A stretch of DNA of 64,000 nt from an uncultured Verrucomicrobiae bacterium (GTDB lineage Bacteria; Verrucomicrobiota; Verrucomicrobiia; Limisphaerales; Palsa-1400): NCBI GenBank assembly GCA_963764165.1, contig CAVXRD010000002.1, forward strand, positions 3,488,001 to 3,552,000. Reading direction: 5' to 3'. Below are positions 36,990 to 46,262 of this stretch, one piece after another (position 1 is the stretch's first letter; every line of letters starts with the position of its first letter). The notes beneath the pieces were generated by a model. The model worked only from the letters and a program-made list of their open reading frames with translations, was not told where the DNA came from and searched no databases. The position numbers and the translations under genes were made by a program.

Positions 36990-39605
36990 CTAATCACGTC
37001 CGACCCATGTGCTTTCAGGAGGTCCAAGGTAGCTCGGCCTCAGCCCGCCGCAATCAATAACAATCTTTTGCACAACCACCGCTGGATCCACCATCCAGAT
37101 TCTCAAGGTATGCGCGCCCGGCGAAGCTATATTGTGGCTGGAGACGACTTTGCGAATCTCATCGCGCACCGATTGTTCCCAATCCGCATTGCCGTCGCCT
37201 GCGATATAATCCTTGGGAACCACAGTTAGCAATTGCGGCGGCTCGTCGTCAATAGATGCCGCGATTCGAACTCCGCGGTCAGGCGCGAAATTCAGGCATG
37301 GGGAAAGGTATAATATGCTTTTCACCGGCCCCGTATTTGTCAGCCAAATTCGATATTCCAAAACGGGAGGGTTGCTTGGCGGGTTCACGCTTGGAGCAGT
37401 CGGCGGCATCACAGTCATTGCACATAATGTCCGTCCATGGTCTGGCAGCGCCACCCAGCGCGCGGCGGACGAATCGCGCTTGCCCGCATAGTGCGCCGCC
37501 TCTATGGAGACGCATCCGCCAGACTCCACGAAACCACGCCAGTCTTTCGGCCGATTTTCCGGCAGCGCGCGAGAGGCCGGCTGAGTCTGAAGCGAATCCA
37601 CTTTCGCGACCGAGTTTGTGATTTCAACGACGGCTGGCATTACATCCTTGTCAGGCTGTTGCCAGGTTGCATAACTGATGTGCGTCTGGTCCATCATGTG
37701 ATTCCATTTTCCACCGGCTAGCTTATGGTTGTAATAGCCGGCAAGGTCGGCGTCCATTTTGAATAGCTCTTTTGCACGTGCCGCCCATGTATTGGCCCGA
37801 CCGTCGCCCGCCTGGGCGTAGAACCGATTTCGCGCCGCCGCAATATATAGCTCAGTCACCGTGGCGCTCGCCTTAACCGGAAACAGCACAAGCTCATAAA
37901 AGGCGTCTCGCGACGATCCAGGCAGCGTGGCATAAATAGCTTCCGCCTTGTCCGCAATGGTTTGCCATTCCTTCTCAACTCGCGCGGCTTCATTGTAATT
38001 TTGCAGGCTGAAGGTGTCTGGCGAGAGAAGTTCGGGCTTCCGGCGGCCGTTATACTTCGCATAGGCGGCAACTATTTCCGCGATGTCGCCCGCGTGGCCG
38101 GGGCCGAATTCCCGGGTGGCCCATAGTTTAAGGTAATGATTCAAACTGTCCGGCGTCCACGCGGAAGGATTCCATGCGAAGGTTAGAAAAAACTCAATCG
38201 GCACTTCAAGCGGCTTGATGTCTCCAACATTGGCGATCCACAGATTTGTTGCGCCATAGGCATAAGCCAGATTCATTTGCTCCCAGACTTTCGGCAGCGG
38301 CGATGTATTGATCCACTTGTAATTGCGCGGGCCGCCGACGTAATCGAAATGGTAATAAATACCCGCGCCTCCCGCGCGACGGCGTTCAGTTTCCGTGGGC
38401 AGGCGGCGAATATCGCCCCAATTGTCATCGCACCAAAGCAAAGTCACGTCGTCCGGCACCCTCATTCCGCGTTCGTAATAGCCCTGCACCTCCTTGTATA
38501 GCGCCCAGACTTGCGGGACTTGTTCTACGTTGGGGCTTATAATGTCGCCGATAAGACTGCGTTGATCAGCGACAATCTTTTCAAGCAGCGAGACGCTTTC
38601 TTTTTCACTCATCGGCTCGTCGCCATCGCCGCGCATTCCGATGGTGATGAGTTTTTCGTAATCCTTCGTGCGGCGCAAACCTTCGGCCCAGAACTTTTGC
38701 AACTTGTCCTTATTCTTGACGTAATCCCAACTGTGCGGGCCGTTTCCAGCGCGTTTCCATTCCTGCCACGCGCGCATCAGCGGCTCATGATGGGACGTGC
38801 CCATAACCACGCCGTATTCGTCGGCGAGTTTGGCATTGAGCGGATCGTCGGTGGCGAAGGAGTTGTCCCACATCGCGGGCCACAGGCAATTCCCTTTCAT
38901 GCGCAGGATCAGCTCGAACACGTTCGTATACATGCCGTGGTTCAACTCCCCGTATTTTTGGCGGGCCCACGTCATCAGGCATGGGCCTTCGTCATTGATG
39001 AAAATGCCGCGATACTTGACAACAGGCGGCGCGAGCCAATGCCGGCCCGCGCGGGCGAACAGCTTCTCATGATGTTTGGCTGGGATATCGGCAAACCAAT
39101 GCCACGGCGACACGCCCATCTGCTCCGAAATATCATACGCGGCGTAAATCGTCCCGCGCTTGTCGCTGCCCGCGATCACCAGTGCGCTTTTTACTCCCGG
39201 AAACGGATTCTCCACGACTTGCACAACGCCCGCTTCCCACGCGCCAGCCACGCCCGTCACGTCGATCTTCTTTTCTTTTATGAGCGCGTCCAATAGCGCA
39301 TTGCGTCCAATCGTGCCAACTATGATGGGTGACGCGCCTGCGTCTGCGATGTTGTTCGTCAGAACTGGAGTGAGGCTCGACACGCGCGTCATGTCGGAGC
39401 GCAAATCCTTGGCGGCGCGAACGACGCCGGGCCAGTCGTTGGTGTCAACCAAAACTGCCGCCGTCCTGCCGTCGGCAAAGAGACAGAAATCACCCGGCTG
39501 CCCGCGTTCGGACACAAACGAGTTGGTTGTCAACGCAGCCATGGAACCGGCGAACAGGAGCGCCGCGAGGCCGCAAACAAATCGCCAGGCGAATGAAGCT
39601 CTCAC
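36990..39605 (-). CDS. Glycoside hydrolase family 115 alpha-glucuronidase
   Basis: GSDKRGTIY, GVSPW, KYRGIFINDE, LWPAMW, GTSHHEP, GMRGDGD, DDNWG, YYHFDY, NVGDIKP. Start taken at GTG 39605 (signal peptide). Confidence 0.93.
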   Translation of the reverse strand: MRASFAWRFVCGLAALLFAGSMAALTTNSFVSERGQPGDFCLFADGRTAAVLVDTNDWPGVVRAAKDLRSDMTRVSSLTPVLTNNIADAGASPIIVGTIGRNALLDALIKEKKIDVTGVAGAWEAGVVQVVENPFPGVKSALVIAGSDKRGTIYAAYDISEQMGVSPWHWFADIPAKHHEKLFARAGRHWLAPPVVKYRGIFINDEGPCLMTWARQKYGELNHGMYTNVFELILRMKGNCLWPAMWDNSFATDDPLNAKLADEYGVVMGTSHHEPLMRAWQEWKRAGNGPHSWDYVKNKDKLQKFWAEGLRRTKDYEKLITIGMRGDGDEPMSEKESVSLLEKIVADQRSLIGDIISPNVEQVPQVWALYKEVQGYYERGMRVPDDVTLLWCDDNWGDIRRLPTETERRRAGGAGIYYHFDYVGGPRNYKWINTSPLPKVWEQMNLAYAYGATNLWIANVGDIKPLEVPIEFFLTFAWNPSAWTPDSLNHYLKLWATREFGPGHAGDIAEIVAAYAKYNGRRKPELLSPDTFSLQNYNEAARVEKEWQTIADKAEAIYATLPGSSRDAFYELVLFPVKASATVTELYIAAARNRFYAQAGDGRANTWAARAKELFKMDADLAGYYNHKLAGGKWNHMMDQTHISYATWQQPDKDVMPAVVEITNSVAKVDSLQTQPASRALPENRPKDWRGFVESGGCVSIEAAHYAGKRDSSAARWVALPDHGRTLCAMTVMPPTAPSVNPPSNPPVLEYRIWLTNTGPVKSILYLSPCLNFAPDRGVRIAASIDDEPPQLLTVVPKDYIAGDGNADWEQSVRDEIRKVVSSHNIASPGAHTLRIWMVDPAVVVQKIVIDCGGLRPSYLGPPESTWVGRD

Positions 39606-39612
39606 ACGCGGC

Positions 39613-42180
39613 TCAGTTTGTTTCCGCCGGCTTGAAATGTTTCGCGGCAAATTCCAGAAACGCCGGCCAATTGGGAGCGTCCGTGTGGCCGCTTCTATGC
39701 TGGCGGAAGGCAATATCGCCGTCGCATAAAGTTTCAACCGGTGGAAATTCTTTTTCCGCAAACGGCTTCTTGCCCAGCAAAGTGTAGACGGGCGCCGCCC
39801 CCACACCGGCGAGGAATGAGCCCTTCGGATCACACCAGCCATCGCCCTTTTCCAGCGTCCCGGCGCTGAGAAAAACCGGCCGCGGCGCGCACAGCGCGAT
39901 GAGTTCATGCGAATCGACGGGAAGATCATTCCAATGCAGCGGCCCGGCATATTTGATGAAATTGCCAGCCATCCAATGATACTCGCCGCTGCTGGCGACA
40001 TTCTCGACAATTTCCCCCCAATCGCGCCTGTGCAGCTTTGCGCCGCCCTCGCCGGAGGAACTCACGTAGACGGCGGCAAATCGCGGATCATAAGCCATCG
40101 CCACCAGCGCCGCCTTGCCGTAGCGCGAATGGCCTTCGATGCCGACGTGTGTCGCGTCAAGCGCCTTGTCGGTTTCAAAATAATCCAGCGCGCGGCTGGA
40201 TCCCCAGGCCCACGCGCGCAATGCGCCCCAGTCATCGGCCTTGCGGGCCTGGCCTTTGTTGCAAAGGCCGATGATGCCTTTGCAGAGGCCCGCGCCGTTA
40301 TCGGCCTGCACGCTCACAGGATTCAACACCGCCGAGGCCCAGCCGCGAGCGAGGCACTGCTGCTGCCACGTCGGGCCGGACTGGGCGGGCGGCCGGGCGC
40401 GTCCGCCAAAGTTGAAACCTAACTGCATGATAACTGGCACGGGATGCGCCGCCGCTTCAGGCGTGCTTAACGTGAGTTGAATGTTTACGTCAATATTGGT
40501 GCAGCCCGAATTATCCACATGCCCCGCAAGTTCCCTTGTGATGACCGAAACGCCGCCGTTTGTTTCATGGAGGGTGCTGACGATTTCCCAGTTCACATGT
40601 GGAGCTGCCGTTGGCACGCGTCCGTAAATCTCGCGGTCGAAATCTTCCACAATTTCCGGGCGGCGTTTGTTCCACCACGTTTCGGCGCTCGTGACTTTCT
40701 CGCCGTTTTCCAACGTGAGCGGGTCGGGAAGGGTGGGAAATGGATTTGCTTTTGCCTCCTTGTAATTGGCGTAATTGGGTGAGTTCGTATTGTAACCTTC
40801 CCGACCCGGGCGAATCGATTTGATGCCGAGGAGTTGGAGCATTTTTTTGAAATCGGCTTGCGTAGCCGCTTGCGTGGCTGGGTCGTTGCCCCGCGCCGGA
40901 GGATTCGTGGAAGGCGCTGGCGGCCAAACGCGGAATTCGCCGCTGCAATGAAGCATGGCCAGCATGTATAACATTCCATCGTAGTAACGGTAATGGCCGC
41001 GCGGAACCTGCAGGTTCCACAGCGCATCCACAAAAGGTTTGCCCTCCTCAGGATTGACGGCAAGCGCGGCGACGGCGTTCATCGCCACCAGTCCGGCCGC
41101 GTGGGTGGGCTTGAGCGTTTCGCCGTCGATCGTGAATTGATAACCGTACGAATCCATCCCCTGTGATTTAAAAAACGCGAGCAGCCGCGCGCTCAATGCC
41201 TGTTCTCGCGGGTCGGCGCGCCACCACGTCCAATCCACTGACCAGTTCATCGCGGTGCGCCACGCGTCGGCGATGAAATTCGTCGCCTTCCGGTTCCAGT
41301 CGGGACCGCACGGCGTGCCATCGAACTCGCTGTAATCGGGAGTCAAGCCAGTCTGCGCATTGGCCGCCCGCTGAAAATAATCCCGGCTTGCCGCCGCCGC
41401 GCCTTTCCAAAATTCGCGATCCCGTTCCGGGCCATAGCGCGCCCAGACTTCATAAAACGCCGGCAAATGATAGGACGGATCAGTATGGTCGCCCGATCCT
41501 GCGACCGGTGAAAAACGCACTTGTTTGAAGTCGGGATGGAACATGGCGCCAACTGTTTTTTCGCCGCGAGCCGTCGGGCCAGTGATGATTTCGCGATGGC
41601 GCATGGCGTCAAGTATTTTGTCGGCCTCGCCCCTGTAATTGTAGATGCCCGGGCCGCTGCCCCAGCGTCCGGCGGCAAACAGGAGCGCGGTGGCATAGTA
41701 TTCCTCGCCATCGGGCGCGGGCATTTCATCGTTCGCGGCTCCGTTGGTCTTCATGGACCACGCGAAGTACCCGCGCGCGGGATGTTTTGCGCCCGTCTGC
41801 TGCATGAACGTCTTCGACCAATTCCAAAGCGCATCGAACTCCGCCTTCCGCCCGAGCTGCACTGAAATCATCATGCCATAAGACATTCCTTCGGAACGGA
41901 CGTCGCCGCTGTTAACGTCAAGCATGTAGGCGAGGGGGCCGTTGGAGTTCGCGCCAGCACTGAAATAGACCGCTTCATCCTGGGGATCGCCGTGGAAAAG
42001 CTGTTGGAAGCCGGAGTTCAAACGGGCTTCCGCCTCCGCCTTGACATGGCCATGCTCGGCGAATAAATTGCGTGTCAAAGCAATCGCGCCGGATACGGCT
42101 TCATTTGACTGCGCCGCGCCTTTGGGTGCTAGCGCGAGAATGGAACTAAGAATGGCGATGCTGGCGATAAAGAATCTCAT
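39613..42180 (-). CDS. Secreted GH8 (xylanase/Rex-like) fused to CE15 glucuronoyl esterase
   Basis: GH8: DVRSEGMSYGM, APDGEEY, TDPSYHLP, DAWR, RYYDG. CE15: WGALRAWAWG, GHSRYGKAA, GEIVEN, PVDSHELIALCAPRP. Confidence 0.9.
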   Translation of the reverse strand: MRFFIASIAILSSILALAPKGAAQSNEAVSGAIALTRNLFAEHGHVKAEAEARLNSGFQQLFHGDPQDEAVYFSAGANSNGPLAYMLDVNSGDVRSEGMSYGMMISVQLGRKAEFDALWNWSKTFMQQTGAKHPARGYFAWSMKTNGAANDEMPAPDGEEYYATALLFAAGRWGSGPGIYNYRGEADKILDAMRHREIITGPTARGEKTVGAMFHPDFKQVRFSPVAGSGDHTDPSYHLPAFYEVWARYGPERDREFWKGAAAASRDYFQRAANAQTGLTPDYSEFDGTPCGPDWNRKATNFIADAWRTAMNWSVDWTWWRADPREQALSARLLAFFKSQGMDSYGYQFTIDGETLKPTHAAGLVAMNAVAALAVNPEEGKPFVDALWNLQVPRGHYRYYDGMLYMLAMLHCSGEFRVWPPAPSTNPPARGNDPATQAATQADFKKMLQLLGIKSIRPGREGYNTNSPNYANYKEAKANPFPTLPDPLTLENGEKVTSAETWWNKRRPEIVEDFDREIYGRVPTAAPHVNWEIVSTLHETNGGVSVITRELAGHVDNSGCTNIDVNIQLTLSTPEAAAHPVPVIMQLGFNFGGRARPPAQSGPTWQQQCLARGWASAVLNPVSVQADNGAGLCKGIIGLCNKGQARKADDWGALRAWAWGSSRALDYFETDKALDATHVGIEGHSRYGKAALVAMAYDPRFAAVYVSSSGEGGAKLHRRDWGEIVENVASSGEYHWMAGNFIKYAGPLHWNDLPVDSHELIALCAPRPVFLSAGTLEKGDGWCDPKGSFLAGVGAAPVYTLLGKKPFAEKEFPPVETLCDGDIAFRQHRSGHTDAPNWPAFLEFAAKHFKPAETN

Positions 42181-42315
42181 TTGTCGTTAAGTATCATGTC
42201 AAACCGTTGGGCGGGCCTTCGCGCCAGACGCCATGCGCACCGACACATGGCGGCTTTGTAAAAAGTGGAGGCTTTGAGCATGGGCGAATGATACGAACAT
42301 CGGGCCAAATGCGCC

Positions 42316-42336
42316 ATCCGACAAATGACGTATGCG
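42316..42336. promoter_or_regulatory. Candidate regulator-binding motif upstream of the GH8-CE15/GH115 operon
   Basis: ATCCGACAAATGACGTATGCG resembles ATCGGTCAAACGTCGTATGCG (24273). Confidence 0.45.
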
Positions 42337-42582
42337 GGGCGCCACCGGATTTCGAGGCGGCGGAAAACCAATGGTTGGGAGATCGAACGGAAAAATAAAA
42401 TCGAGATTTGTGTCAGATTTTGAAATTTCTCGCCGTATTGCGTCTTGAGAACGCCAGATAACCACAAAATCTAAAATACGATGAAAATAAAACACGGCAC
42501 AAAATCCTTTCTAACCCGAATCGGCTTATCCGCCAATAGTGTTTCCCCAGAAAAACAGCGCAAAAAACATCGAATCAAACAC

Positions 42583-44184
42583 ATGAATATCACCCTGAAA
42601 TCAAAATGCCTTTCGTTAGTGATGATTTTGCTGCTTGCGGCCGTGACACTGCAAGCCCAGCCAATCCAGTTTTCATACAGTGACAACGGCAACGGCACGG
42701 TCACAGTCACGGGAGCCTCCTACGCGACATATGTTTCGCACCCTTTCCCGGCTTTCACCATCCCAAGCTCGCACAACGGCAAGCCAGTGACGTGCATTGG
42801 CGACGACTTCTCGGGCGCCTGGAGTTTGTACTTTACCAGCATAACGATCCCCGAAAGCATTACTAACATCGGGGAGTATGCCTTCGAAGATGACTCTTAC
42901 CTGCGAAGCATCTACTTTGAGGGCAACGAGCCAGCGTATGGCCCGTTTTCATTCGAGACTCATTCCGGAGGCAAAACAACCGCTTATTACCTGGCGGCGG
43001 CTGCCGGGTGGACGAATGACGATTTTTTTCCCATACCGATCGAGCTTTGGACCCCGGAGACCGGCTCATTGGAAGTCACCCTTGAACCTGCTGGCGCGGT
43101 GGCGGATGGCGTGCAATGGCAAGTCGATGGCACGAACTACGACAGCGGAGCATCGATTCCGGGGCTGATTGCCGGATCACATGTCGTTTCGTTTGCCTCC
43201 GCGCCTGGCTGGACGGCGCCTGCCAGCAAAACGGTCACGATTAAGAAAAATTCAGTCAATAAGGTCAAAGCCACTTTCACACCATGGCCCAAGGGCACGG
43301 CGCCGTTGACGGTGCAAATAATCGGCGGCGGGGCCGTCAGTCCGAACGACAATGGGAAGCTGCTGAAGCTGGGCAAGGTTTACACGTTGAAAGCGGAATC
43401 GAACCGAGAATGGTTTTTTGCCGGATGGACGGGCGCCGCCGGCAGCGAGAGCTTTGCCTCCAATAACCTTGTTCTCCACTTCACCATGCAGAGCAACCTG
43501 GTATTGCAGGCCAATTTCATCGCCAACCCGTTTATAGATGTCGCCGGCCAGTATATTGGGCTTTTCCAATCCGATGAGACAAACACCTTGGAGAACTCAG
43601 GCTACATGACCGTAACCGTGAGTTTGGAAGGAGCGTTTTCCGGGTATTGGGAAACCGGCAATGCTCGGCATCCGCTATCTGGCCTCCTCGACTCGGATTT
43701 CGCATTTGCCACTAATTATGCTGTAAAGGGTGAAGATCCCGTCACCATTGAATTCGCCGCGCTCGGCAACAACACCATTGAGGGCGCCATCAGCAATAGC
43801 CAATGGAGTTCCGCCATCGAAATGGTCCAGACCGATCACACAGTTGCCACTTACAGCGGACACGGCACTTACCACATCGGTTTCACCAATGCGGCAGGCG
43901 AGGAGGTCGGCAAAGCTACCGGCGTTTTCGCCAATCGAGGCTCCGCAAGCCTTTCGGGAAAGTTGCCAAATAACACCTCATTCAGCGCAGGCTCTTTCTT
44001 CAGCCCCACCGCAGCATGGCCGTTCTACACTTCTCTTTACAATGGAAAGGGCTATTTGCTGGGCTGGATGGAGGTCGCGCCCGGTGACGGCGGCACTGAT
44101 TACTCGAAGTTCACAGCTGAGGGCTCCTTCGTGTGGCTGCAAAAGAATGGGACGGCCCAGCACCTCAACGCGGGTTCCCAATGA
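42583..44184 (+). CDS. Secreted protein with BspA-type LRR, InlB-B-like repeat and beta-rich C-terminal domain
   Basis: Signal ending LQA-Q. SITIPESITNIGEYAF / SIYFEGNEP LRR_5 motifs and FFAGWTG...LQANF. Confidence 0.75.
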   Translation: MNITLKSKCLSLVMILLLAAVTLQAQPIQFSYSDNGNGTVTVTGASYATYVSHPFPAFTIPSSHNGKPVTCIGDDFSGAWSLYFTSITIPESITNIGEYAFEDDSYLRSIYFEGNEPAYGPFSFETHSGGKTTAYYLAAAAGWTNDDFFPIPIELWTPETGSLEVTLEPAGAVADGVQWQVDGTNYDSGASIPGLIAGSHVVSFASAPGWTAPASKTVTIKKNSVNKVKATFTPWPKGTAPLTVQIIGGGAVSPNDNGKLLKLGKVYTLKAESNREWFFAGWTGAAGSESFASNNLVLHFTMQSNLVLQANFIANPFIDVAGQYIGLFQSDETNTLENSGYMTVTVSLEGAFSGYWETGNARHPLSGLLDSDFAFATNYAVKGEDPVTIEFAALGNNTIEGAISNSQWSSAIEMVQTDHTVATYSGHGTYHIGFTNAAGEEVGKATGVFANRGSASLSGKLPNNTSFSAGSFFSPTAAWPFYTSLYNGKGYLLGWMEVAPGDGGTDYSKFTAEGSFVWLQKNGTAQHLNAGSQ

Positions 44185-44263
44185 AATCTTAAAGAGCTAA
44201 CGTTCGTTAATTAAGCGTCGAGCCTCTTGCGATACAAGCCTGCCGGTCAGTGACCGGAGGCTT

Positions 44264-44800
44264 TTACGGGCCGGTCGGTGTCGACGGAATTTGCAGGAAT
44301 TCGATGGCCCTCTGGAGGCTGGTCTTTTCCTCGGGATCGTCTGTGTCTGCCAATTCATTTTGCAGCGCGGGAATCGCTTCCAGACTGCCAAAGTCCACCG
44401 CCGCCCGCAATGCGGCCCGGCGAATGACTGGCTCGGGATTCTTTAGATCAATAAGGATGGAAGTGAGATCGCCGGGATTCCCGCTTCTCGACAATTCTTC
44501 CAGTATTCCAATGCGTTCGTCAAGGTAAGCAACGCTGTCGAACGTTTCGTGGATTTCGCCGTCGTCCTCGGGCTGGGAGGAAACTTCCGCACTTTCCGGG
44601 TCAACGGGTGCCATTGCGCTTTTTGCCATGAGGCGGGCCGGATGAGAGACCGCTGCAACCAACGCCGTGGCGCCGGCAGCCGCCGATGGAGTTTCGGCCT
44701 GCGCGGCCGGGCTTGGAGCGGCCGGACGGCGGATTGCAACAGCACCGCAGACAATCAGCCCAGCGGCAACCGCAACAGGCGCAATAACTCTCGTTCTCAT
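44264..44800 (-). CDS. Membrane-anchored HEAT-repeat protein
   Basis: N-terminal TM and LKNPEPVIRRAALRA...EAIPAL. Confidence 0.65.
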   Translation of the reverse strand: MRTRVIAPVAVAAGLIVCGAVAIRRPAAPSPAAQAETPSAAAGATALVAAVSHPARLMAKSAMAPVDPESAEVSSQPEDDGEIHETFDSVAYLDERIGILEELSRSGNPGDLTSILIDLKNPEPVIRRAALRAAVDFGSLEAIPALQNELADTDDPEEKTSLQRAIEFLQIPSTPTGP

Positions 44801-44892
44801 TCTTCAACCCTAAATTTGCGAGGCGGGAAGACGATGGTTCGCGTCCCGCCCCGCACCAAGTTTCCTGCGGCAACTGCCGCTCCGCGAATCGG

Positions 44893-45567
44893 TCAATCCG
44901 TCACGCTGGAATGACTGGTGAGAAGCTGCCCGTTGACGAGCACCGGCGTGGCGTTCGTGCCCTCGGTTCCGTATCCGGTAAGATTCCAAAGGGCATCTCC
45001 CGCATCGACCGTGATCTTTGATTTGCCGTGGCCCTGGGTTTCATCTAGGACATTTCTGGTCGCATATCCACTTAATGTCAGGCTCCAGGCATTGGGAATG
45101 GCAATGGACAGGTTCCGAATGCGATATTCTGTGGCCGAGGCTGTTCCGTTCGTGGCGAAATGTCCGCTTTTGAGCACTGTGCTCGGCACAGACGTCGTGA
45201 TGTCGCTGTTGACGGGCGTGATAACCCGATTTGTGCCGCTGCCGGATACGACGACGAAAATGACCGGATTAGTCGCAGTGTCTGATTCGATAGTGTCGAG
45301 AGCCAAATAGGATCCCTTGGGAAATCCGTTGGTGGTCGGCGCAAGCGCGGGGTCTGTTCCCAAAGCCTTCACCAATTCAGATGTCCCCAATTTGGTCGTA
45401 ACGATGGTGTCGGTGACAGTCCCGCTCTTGCTCGTCTTGGAGGTGCCTTGGGATTTGACAACAAATTCAATGCTAACGGCGCGAAGATGATTGGTCGTCT
45501 GGGCTTTTGCCACGGTGGCCGCGGCTGACAACAGGGCGACCAGGGCGATTACTTTTAATGATTTCAT
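44893..45567 (-). CDS. Secreted hypothetical protein (Thr-rich, beta)
   Basis: Clear signal MKSLKVIALVALLSAAATVAKA-Q and AAGG RBS. Confidence 0.75.
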   Translation of the reverse strand: MKSLKVIALVALLSAAATVAKAQTTNHLRAVSIEFVVKSQGTSKTSKSGTVTDTIVTTKLGTSELVKALGTDPALAPTTNGFPKGSYLALDTIESDTATNPVIFVVVSGSGTNRVITPVNSDITTSVPSTVLKSGHFATNGTASATEYRIRNLSIAIPNAWSLTLSGYATRNVLDETQGHGKSKITVDAGDALWNLTGYGTEGTNATPVLVNGQLLTSHSSVTD

Positions 45568-45810
45568 GTTTTACCTTGATGTGTTTCTTTTGACTGACTT
45601 GACTCCTTGCATTGCGATGCGCACAGCGAATGCTGTGCGCAATTCAATGTTCTCGGTCTCACGGTATCTTATACTCCACCTAGAAGGTGCTGTTCAAGAG
45701 GAGTCGGTGCTATTTGGCCATGATTCGGCCATCAGGGAAACTTCCGCAACCCCGCCGTGCGAGACAGTACGAACGCGTTTGGAAAAGATCGCGCCGCACG
45801 AAACACAGCA

Positions 45811-46191
45811 TCACGTGATGCCGGCGACTTTAAACCCTTCTTCCTCAAGCAGGGAGCGGATTCGGGCCACATGATTGCCTTGAACTTCGACCTTGCGCTC
45901 GCGGGTTGTTCCCCCGCAGCCGCAGGCATTGCGGAGCTTCCGGCCCAATTCCTCAATTTTAGAAAGCGGTATCGACGTCGCAAAATCGTCAATAACAATG
46001 ACGATTTTCCCGCCGCGATGGGCCGTCTCGCGCCGCAGCACCACGCGGCCCATTTTTGGTTTGCGGGTGGGAGGCCGCTCAGCAGCGGAAGAGTCCTCGC
46101 CCGGCGGCAATCCCTCGGATTGAAGGCTCGCGAACGGATTATTAAGCGCAGGCTGATTGTCCGAGATTAAAGGCAGTTTGTTCTTTTTCAT
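45811..46191 (-). CDS. yciH: SUI1/YciH-family translation initiation factor
   Basis: RRETAHRGGKIV, LRNACGCGGT, VEVQGNH. Confidence 0.85.
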   Translation of the reverse strand: MKKNKLPLISDNQPALNNPFASLQSEGLPPGEDSSAAERPPTRKPKMGRVVLRRETAHRGGKIVIVIDDFATSIPLSKIEELGRKLRNACGCGGTTRERKVEVQGNHVARIRSLLEEEGFKVAGIT

Positions 46192-46262
46192 GGGCGGCCG
46201 AGGGAGGCTCGACTTATTTGGATTATATCATTTGCGCCCATTGATGGCAACGCCCTTCGCCG

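Noticed and set aside
39606..40010. N-terminal extension of the GH115 ORF overlapping CE15
   Set aside because: Open-frame run-back only. The signal peptide begins at GTG 39605, just after the upstream stop.
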